DNA from: Camelus ferus
Lineage: Eukaryota
DNA: 64,000 nt
Assembly: GCF_009834535.1 (NCBI RefSeq)
Contig: NC_045717.1
Span: forward strand, 22,134,001-22,198,000
Direction of reading: 5' to 3'
Under the pieces are notes generated by a model, which was not told the origin of the DNA, made no database searches, and saw nothing but the letters and a program-made list of their open reading frames with translations. Made by a program: the position numbers and the translations under genes. Shown one piece after another: positions 56,101 to 64,000 of the stretch; the stretch's first letter is position 1, and every line of letters starts with the position of its first letter.

Positions 56101-59100
56101 CACATTAGGCTCTGGGGGACCCAGAGCTGGGAGTAGGGGAGGGGCACCTCCCAGAGCTCGGCCTGGGCCTTCCTCTCTCCCGCTGCAGGCTGCTGGCCCT
56201 GGACTGTATCTGGCAGAGCCTGAGGCTCCTCGGGGCCCACGCTGGTCCTCTATGGAGACCTCAGGGTGGGGAGGAGCAGAGGTGATGGGAAAGGATCAGG
56301 GTGCTCAGGAACTCCAGGGTGTCCCCATCTCTCAGGATGCTCCACCTGCCCAGGTGCCCCCGCTGGGGGCATGCCCACCTGCCCTGGCCCTCCTGGCCCA
56401 CCTGGGACATCCCCTCCATGTCCAGCTGCATCAGCTCCGTCTGGTTCACCTGCAGGAGGGCGAGGCCCACCCGGAACACGATCTCCAGACCCTGCAAAGG
56501 CAGCGGCAGGGGCAATGCATCTCTGGTCCTACGCTCCCAGGGAGTCCTCTGACCTTTCCCAGAGCTCCCGCCCATCCTCGGCCTGGGCCTGGTCCTGAAT
56601 CATTCCCAGTGAGGATGTTGATCACCCTATCCAGAGCGGCCAGGAGAGGGAGGGTGGTGTCCTCACCTCGTACATGAAGATGTCAAAGATACGGGTAGCA
56701 ACGGGCAGCGGGAATGTGGTCAGGAAGAGCGTGAGGAACCAGGAGGAGGCGTACATGGACGTGTGGAAGCTCTGGGAGCGGAAGTGGGTGTTCAGGTCCG
56801 GGAGCTGCTCCTGGGGGTTGGGGAGGAGGCCAGGCACTGTGAGGAGGGCGCTGGGTGCAGCTGTCAGCACTGCTATCTAGAAGTGCTGGGCCTCAGTGCC
56901 CATACATCTGGGAGCCTTCCCTGATCTGCCCTGGGCAGCCCTTGGCTCCCTTCCTTGGTGTGTCCTCAGCACTGTGTCTGGGTGGGGCAAGAGCACCCCA
57001 GAGCTCTGAGTAGCACAAGGTGGGGACACAGGCAGGGGTGGCAGGAGTAGCAGCAGCTTGTGGGTGCTGGGTGCCCACCCAGGGCAGGCACTGGCCCAGC
57101 TGCTCCTGGGATCCTCACCACTTCTCCGAGAGTGAGCTTCTGAGGCTTCGGGGGGTTATGTAACTCCCCAAGGTCACCCAGGGGGCAACAGGGAAGGGTG
57201 GTGTGAGCCATCGCCTCTGTGTCCACTCCTAGCACCCCTCCCCTACAGCGCTTTGTGCCCAAAGTGCTCAAAGGATGCTCAAGGCTGGGGCTTCCGACAC
57301 TGGGAAGTGACAGAAACTGGGGAAACTAAGGCTAGAGAAGGCGTTAGGACCTCCTGGATGTCCTTCACTGAGCAATGGACACTCAGGCTGTCCCCCTGCC
57401 CACCCTGGGCTTCCTCCTGGACTTAGGGACGCTCTGGTGGCATCTGGCTACTTCACCATGGGAGCGCCGGGTTACCCAGCCCACTGTGCAATCGCTTCTT
57501 CTCTGGGGGCCCGGGCCCCTTGCCTGCCAGCACTACCGGTTACCACGACCAACAGCACCTCCACGTCCTCTAGGCCTGAGGAGGGGGGCCTTCACCACCA
57601 GGCACACCCTGCCCACTGTGGTGCAGAGCTGCACAGCCCCACCTGCAACTGGCTTCCAGAACAGGTGTGTGTGTATGTGGTGCGCGTGCGTGTGCATGTG
57701 TGTGTGTTGTACATGTACACCAGCTCTGTCTGCCAGCCAGGAGCTGGCCCTGCGGGGGCTGCTATTTATAAACAGGCGGCTGCGGCTCTCCAGTAATCAG
57801 CAAAGACAGGCAGACAACACTTTCCCTCCTTCTCCACCCCGGGGAGCAGACAGGAGGGGACCGTGGGTGTGTCTGAGCCATCCCAACCGCTCCATCCCGG
57901 CCCTCGTGGCTCTGGGATGCCCGCGCTCTCTGGAGCCCCCGCTGTAAGGGGCTGGCCCCTGCCCAGTCCCTCAGAGCATCCTTCCCACAGTGCTATACTG
58001 CCCAGGGGACTAGAGCCCCTTTCTGAGCTGGAACGCCTGGATGTGACTGCTCAGGCCTGGAATTTTCAGAGACTTGCTGGGATGGCTGAGGTGAGCACCC
58101 ATGGGTGCGAGCTGGCTGAGAGGAGTGGGTGGGTGCCAGCTGCCCCTGCCCCCGCTCACCTGTAGCATGTACTCAAACTGGTAGATGCAGAGCCCCAGCT
58201 CGGCCATGCTGGGCTTGAAGAGCTCCCGCAGGCGGTACTCCTGCATCAGCCGCACGAACACACAGAAGGCCTCCTCCTCGGGCATCTAGGGGTGGGGGTG
58301 GGGGGTGTCTGTGAGCAGGAGTGGGGTGGGAGGGGGCACCTGCTTTTCTTCTTACGGTTTCTCCTCTTTCTGTTCCATTTACTTTTACTGAACATGGACA
58401 GTGCCGGGCTGCCTGGAGCCCCTCATCAAACCTCTGGTAAATACTGTCCCCTTGCTTTACTGATAGGAACCCTCCCCAGGCTGAAGTCGCCTGTGGAAGG
58501 CTGCCTGGCAGGTAAGAGTGGAGCTGGGACTTGAACCCAGGTCTGGCCGCCTCCAGAGCCCACAGTGCAGACATCCTCCAGTGCACTCCCAGCCGTCTCT
58601 GTTCTCCCGCTCCTAAGCCTGCTGGATTCTCTGGAGGAGACGCCCAGCCCCACAGACACCACACTGGCTGACCTAAGCCTCCCACCTGAGACTCTGGAGG
58701 GGTCCAACCCCGGGAGGTGACTGAGTAGGTCAGTCTGCACCTCCAAGCCTGGGACAGGACAGGCGTCCGGCCCTCTCTGCTCACCCACTGGGGGCTTGGC
58801 TGGGGACTATCAGAGGTCATGGGTGGATGGAGAGGGAGGCTCTGACCCTTCTGTCCACCTTCTGGGGGAGAGCCAGGATGGGCTGTGCCCTCCAAGAGCC
58901 TGGCCCCGGGCCACCTACCTGCATGAGGAGCAGGCCCACGATGAAGGCGCTGCCCTGGCAGTAGCCCACCTCCCGGTCCACCAGGGAGTACGCCTGCCGG
59001 GGAACACATGCGTGTCAGGGCAGGGTCCTGCCGGGCCCGGTGACAGCAGGCTGCCGGGGGTGGGCAGCACTTCTCTGTGCAGGGCTGGGGGGCGTCACCT

Positions 59101-61147
59101 TCATGACATTGAAGAGGACCTCCTGGCCCAGGCTGTCCTGGCCCTTGAAGAACTCGTGCTCCGGGTAGGTGCGGGCGATGTCCCTGCGGATCAGCTTCTC
59201 GCACGGTGAGGACATCTTGAGCAGCTCCGAGTACTGGTTCTTGACTGGCATGTCGGTGGCGCTGCACAGTAGCTGCCACACGATGGCCCGGAAGTGGTGC
59301 GGGATGCCTTTGCGGATCAGCTCCTGGAGACAGGGTGGCGGGGGGGAGTGGGAGGCTGGGCTGGACCCCATCCCAGCACCGCCTCCCCACAGCCACCAGG
59401 CCTGGCCTCTGAGGTCTGGCTTGCCCGCGCCTTGCCTGTAGCCCAGAGCTCAGCTGAGCCACCACACTGCAGACGGAGTCCACAATGAGGATATGCCACC
59501 CCAATCCAAGGTGGAACACGGTGGGCAGAGAGCAAATGGGTGCCTGGGACGCCAGCGCCTCCCCACATTCCCTCCTCTCACCCTGCCCTGGCCAGGCGTC
59601 CTCAAAGTGCCTGCGCACCTCCACTCCAGCCCCCGTGCTCTCGCTGGGGCCCCTGGCAGACCCTGCCCCCCAGCCCCACCGCCCCCGCCACCTTGAGCAG
59701 CTTCTCCTTCCTGCGTCGCCACTCCTCCCACTCATTGGCGATCCGGCCCCACAAGATCCATGTGTCCTCCTCCAGGTGGCTCAGGTTGGAGGAGGCCGAG
59801 GAGCTGGACACCAGTGAGGAGCCGCTGTTCCGCCGGGAGCCATTCATGGAACGCATGGACTTGGAGTCGGCTTCCAGGAGCCTGGGCGGGCAGGGTCAGT
59901 GGAGGCAGCTGGGCTGCAGGCGCCTCCCACACCGGCTCCTGGCCCTTCCTCTGGGACCCCAGGGATTGGGTCTCAGTGGTTCTTCCCCTATGGCACTTGC
60001 TGAGTGACCTCGGCCCATGCCCTAACCTCTCTGAGCCATGGTCCTGATCCCTGGACCCCTGGAGAGGCTACCATTCCCGTGTCTCGTTCTGTGGCCAGCA
60101 CTGGGCTGAGAAGCATGTGGATTAGCTCATTTAATCTCGTACCAACCCTGTGGGGCAGATTTTGTTCAGGTCTATGTTTACAGACAAGTTGCAGAGAAGG
60201 TAAAGCTGGCTGGGGGCACCAGCCAGCAAGGGCCTGTACTGACCATGTTTCCGGTGCACTGACATCTGGGAGATGTCCCTGACCTGGAGACAGCTAAGGA
60301 CTCGCCTGCCAGTGAGCCCTTCATGTGCAAACCAACCAATCCAGCACCCACAAACCAACCACCTCTGTTATCAGGCTCTTGCATTCAGGCCACTGTCCCT
60401 CAGCCTCAGTCACCTCAGGGCCAGGCGCTCGACAAATAGGCCCAGCCCCTATGCCCTGAGCTTGCTGAAATGATTCAAACTAGCCAGCCCTAAGCCCGAT
60501 TACATTGCCTCACCATTCCTTCTTGCAGAAACTGCAATAAAGGCTCTCGCCCACATTTTTCTCATCCCCTCTGCCTCCTGACGGACACTGGTGCTTCCCC
60601 GTGTGGCCCCACCTGGTGTGCTGTGCCCCTCCTCTTGGGACCTGTGAGTAATAAACTGTCTTTCCAATGGCAGTGAACTCACCAAACCTGAGTAATAATA
60701 CCACCTACACTTTAAAACAGGGGGAGGGCCGGGGAGAAAGGTGAGAAGGCCCAACCCCAGTCAGAGTCCTTATTTCTCCCTCCAACAAGGGCTAGATAAG
60801 TGAAGGCCAGACTCACTTGGCCTCACTTGGTACCTCAGGCTCCTCATCTGTTGGCAGGATGACAGGAGACATCCTTGTCAAGCCACTGATGGGAGGTGTT
60901 ACTCTGCCCAGGGCTGGGCCTAGCTCTGAGTGTGAGGGGACAACTAGGAACTTGTTTGGGGCCCAGGCTGCACCCCAAGACCTCTCCCCATCCCTCGGGT
61001 CCCAACTTACCGGTTCTGCTCCTCGAGCTTGGCCAACAGCTCCAGCTCATCGGGGCTGAGGTTCTCAGAGTCGGAGGTGGGGGAGCAGGTGGGGGCCGAC
61101 AGGGCCTCCTGGGACGAGGAGTCCGGGCTCAGGGTGGGACTCGCCAT
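44143..61147 (-). CDS. EVI5L: EVI5-like protein (TBC-domain Rab-GAP with coiled coils), 805 aa with the 33-nt exon, 794 aa without
   Basis: Exons 61011-61147, 59692-59881, 59099-59323, 58919-58993 (GYCQG), 58160-58285, 56667-56810, 56402-56491, 55245-55342, 55104-55164, 52002-52055, 51070-51102, 49939-50079, 46985-47113, 45405-45545, 45172-45327, 44938-45084, 44759-44854, 44581-44676 and 44143-44421. TBC catalytic motifs IRRDIART and YCQ present; phases are consistent. Confidence 0.98.
45700..45850 (+). mobile_element. MIR fragment
   Basis: tctgtaaaatgggtgtattaacagcacctactc (MIR core). Confidence 0.6.
46315..46330 (-). promoter_or_regulatory. CTCF-consensus motif
   Basis: - strand GCCACTAGAGGGCAGC. 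Confidence 0.6.
48870..49534 (+). mobile_element. ERV1-type proviral remnant: 3' internal fragment, polypurine tract and 3' LTR
   Basis: AAAGAAAAGGGGGGA at 49013-49027 directly precedes a TG...CA element (49029-49534) with CCAAT and ATAAA-like signals. 5' boundary approximate. Confidence 0.7.
51070..51102 (-). CDS. EVI5L: EVI5L 33-nt cassette exon (ESAALADRLIQ)
   Basis: gggtag|GAGAGCGCTGCTCTGGCTGATAGGTTAATCCAG|gtaccg, phase 0-0. Confidence 0.9.
53339..53880 (+). mobile_element. MER39-family ERV1 solo LTR
   Basis: tgtatctttgagtcttgacatcc...atgcaaaccagccaatcc...tgtgagtaataaac...cattttaaaata. Confidence 0.75.
54270..54450 (-). mobile_element. MIR with (ATG/AAT)n tail
   Basis: catccccattttgcagaaggggcactgaggctcagagaggtgaa...ggtcacacagctgg. 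Confidence 0.75.
54545..54605 (+). mobile_element. L2 3' terminus
   Basis: ctggcacacagtaggtgctcaataaatgaatg. Confidence 0.7.
55039..55055 (-). promoter_or_regulatory. CTCF-consensus motif
   Basis: - strand GGCCACTAGAGGGCAGC. Confidence 0.65.
58370..58565 (-). mobile_element. MIR fragment
   Basis: gtaagagtggagctgggacttgaacccaggtctgg...tccagagccc. Confidence 0.65.
60090..60215 (-). mobile_element. MIR fragment
   Basis: gattagctcatttaatctcgtaccaaccctgtggggcag...tttacagac. Confidence 0.6.
60246..60719 (+). mobile_element. MER39B-like ERV1 solo LTR
   Basis: tgtttccggtgcactgacatctggg...gcaaaccaaccaatcc...tgtgagtaataaactg...cactttaaaaca (TG...CA). Confidence 0.75.
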
Positions 61148-63039
61148 GGTGGGCAGGCTCATCAGCCGCGAGCAGGGTCAGGTCACAGCTGCATCTGGGG
61201 GCCAGAGATGTGTGTGGTCAGAACTGGGTGGCTGGCTCCTCTGGCTCTGGACCAACTGAGTCTGCTGCTCACCTGGACACTTCCTCACCCCGGGCTTCCC
61301 ATCTCTGGTCTGCTGACCTGGTGCACCCCTCGTCCCCACACACCCTAGCCCAGCTGATGGCCTTGCTGGCTCCTTCTGTTCCGGATGCTGGCTACTGGGA
61401 TCCCTGCCTTTGCAGTCCAGATGCCTGGATGGAGACAGGGGGCCATGGCCAGGCCTGAGCTGTCCTGCTGTCCCTGCCAAGCCTCAACTTGACACCCCTG
61501 AGTCTTCAACAGGGCCAGGGGCCAAGGCTCCCCCAACTCAGGGCCTCTGCTGGGACCCAGAAGTGCAGGTACCCCTGTTTTGGTGGCCCTTCCTGACAGC
61601 CTTGGTCCCTGTCCCTGGCTGTGGCCTTCCCTGGAGCCCTGCCTCAGCATCGGACCTTCCCTGTCTCATCAACCAAAGTGGGCTGCTGGCACAGCCAGAA
61701 GCAATTATTCTCTGCTGTTAATTGTCTGGTGCTGCCAATGGCCTTGGGCTGGGAAGCCAACGTGTCAGAGTGTTGGGAATCTGTGCTCTGGTGGCCGTAG
61801 GCCCATCTCTCTATTTTTCCTGGGGATGGTCTGGCCCCACCCTCCTGGGGGCTTTGGGGGCACTAGCCTCCCCACTTCTGCCAGCCGCAGGAGAGGCAGC
61901 TCAGCACTACACCAAAAGCAAGGGCTCTGGACTCAAATGGACCAGTGTCTGAACCATGGCTCCCCTTGGACCCCACCTGACCTGGCTCTGACTGCTCAGC
62001 CACAGAGGGGCCCTCACCCAGTTCCTGGAAAGGGGGCATCTGGTCCCTTAGGCAGCAGGAGGACAGTCACAGGATCAGCGCAGACCTTTTCTCACCTGCC
62101 TAGCACCCTCAGGTCGATGGGCACCTTCCCACAGCCTAAGTTCAGCCCCCAACCAACACCTGAGGGCCCACATGTTGGCTGGACTTGCCCTGGCCATGCA
62201 CTTGGTTCTAGTCTCCTTCCCCTGTGCTGCCCTGTCATGGGAGGAAGGGGGGTGTTTTTCTTTCACCTTGTGGGGGGCCTTCTACCCCAGGACCCTGTGG
62301 CTCCCCAGGGCTGGCCCTGAGCCCCTGGCCTCTGAGGGCTCCCCGAGTTTGTTGGGCACCGAAGGCTCTGGCTCTTGGTGAATGGTACAAATTCTAGGCA
62401 ATGGCTCCCATCAGAAACAGAAGACCTCTTCCTCCCATTGCCCAGCTGGCAGGGGACCACCTGCCCCAAATACCAAGCCAGGAGTTAATCATTCCTGAGA
62501 GAGGGGCGGCTCCGGGATCTCCTGCAGAGTCAAAGTCTGCGGGTGGCCCGGGGCAGAGACGGGCTGTGGACAAGAAGCGCTGAATTGGAGGGATCTGTCT
62601 GGGCAGGGAGGGGCTGGGAAGGCAGCGGGGCTTTCCCAGCTTCAGAGCTGGGAGACGGGGAGGAGGTGGTGGAGGCTCATCAGCACAGCTGGATTTGGGA
62701 AGTAGCAGGGGCCTCAGAGAAAAAGACCACACGTGGCTGGGGCTGGGGCCCACTGTCTCCTTGCTGAGCCCAGGGGACTTCAGAAGTGTGTTGCCTCCCC
62801 ATCCCCTCCCCACAAAGAGCACAAGAGAATGGTTCAGCTCTGGATTTCTGGGCCCTCCACTAGCAGAGTTTGCTCAGATATTTATCACATATTAATGTGT
62901 ATTTCATACCAGAGATAAAACTGATTCAATACCCAGGGCTGAAATCTGCAGTCTGAGAGGCAGAACCTCCTGATCCCTCAGGAACTTTGTCTTGACTCAT
63001 CTTCAGGCTGTAAACGCTGCCCAGCCCTGGAAGCCGTCC

Positions 63040-63365
63040 TTCAGATGCAGGCACACAGGCACACGCACGCAGACAAACACTCCTTCACATTCACACACTC
63101 ATACACGACTGCACTCCCACACACGACTGCACTCCCACACACTCACTCAGATACATTCACACTCCCAAACCATCTCACACACAGACACACTAATACACTC
63201 CTGCATGCACACACACACACTCTGAAACACTCACACACAATCACCCACCCATGGACTCAGATACACATTCTCACACACATTCACGCACTGTCTTCCACCC
63301 ATACACACCCACACATGCTCTAACTGGCACACACTTGCACACACAAGTACACACACTTCCTACAC
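63040..63365. repeat. CA-rich low-complexity region with an 18-nt tandem duplication (63103-63138)
   Basis: Degenerate (CA)n; acacgactgcactcccac x2. Confidence 0.85.
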
Positions 63366-64000
63366 TGACCAGACCTCACCACCCCTAGAACCGAGTAAAT
63401 ACAGATGGACATGGGGCCTGCTGCTACCTCAGCTCTGTGAGCGGCCCTGCCACCCTCTCTAGAGCTTCGTGACTCTTCCTGGCTCAACCCCTCCTTCCCT
63501 GGCGCCTACTGGGGGCCATCTGAGGGCCGGCCGATGTCCTAGGTACAAACATGTGGAGTGGAGCGAGGTGAGTGAGCCCCCACCTCCCCAGAGCATGCAG
63601 CCGTCCCACCCTAGCTGGACAGACACAAAGATGCGGAGACAAGGCAGGTCCCCTGGATGCTGGGAGGCCACTAGCCTCTGAGATCCTCACACAGATCCCC
63701 CAGGTCTGGGGTCCCAGACTCTCCATGGCCCCAACTTTAATGCCCTTTGCTTCTGCTCCACCTCAGCCACCCGAGAGGGGGTCCTGGCCCCTGTAGAGTG
63801 GGCAGTGGGCCACCAAACCCTGTCCCTGCTGGCTCCATATGGTGGCCCATGGCTGGTGAAGCTGAGTCAAGTCAGAAGGGTGGGAGGAGCCTGTGCTGGT
63901 CAGCTGGGGTCGGGGATGGGGGAAAGGTCCAGATGTTGGGGGTCTTCCAACTCCCTTTTCCTCCCATTTTGGACACTGCCAGTCATGCTTCCACCTTCGT

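Noticed and set aside
53339-60719. Intact provirus (LTR - 6.4 kb - LTR)
   Set aside because: The interior is host EVI5L exons and introns with no gag/pol/env, and the two LTRs differ substantially.
62992-63323. His/Thr-rich ORFs (also at 20562-21217)
   Set aside because: Translation of CA-rich low-complexity DNA.

Overview
Mammalian genomic DNA, most likely a camelid: a camelid-type tRNA-derived SINE sits at 30468-30562. It is syntenic with human 19p13.2 in reverse orientation. Gene order is TIMM44 3' end (+), CTXN1 (+), SNAPC2 (-), TGFBR3L (-), MAP2K7 (-), LRRC8E (-), PRR36 (+), EVI5L (-, complete CDS, 5' non-coding exon outside the window). I resolved exon-intron structures by hand from GT-AG boundaries and from remembered human protein sequences. 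Four N-gaps hide most of the CTXN1 CDS, MAP2K7 exon 1, probably the MAP2K7 cassette exon, and part of an L1. I found no convincingly novel biological system. The most interesting items are: (1) single-base frameshifts in TGFBR3L exon 6 and PRR36 exon 5, either real lineage changes or assembly errors; (2) a signal-peptide first exon for TGFBR3L preceded by an SF-1/EGR/SF-1/PITX motif cluster resembling gonadotrope promoters; (3) a start-stop uORF just ahead of the CTXN1 ATG; (4) apparently TE-derived poly(A) signals; (5) small in-frame splice options in EVI5L and MAP2K7. Comparisons with human proteins and repeat-family names come from memory, not from searches.
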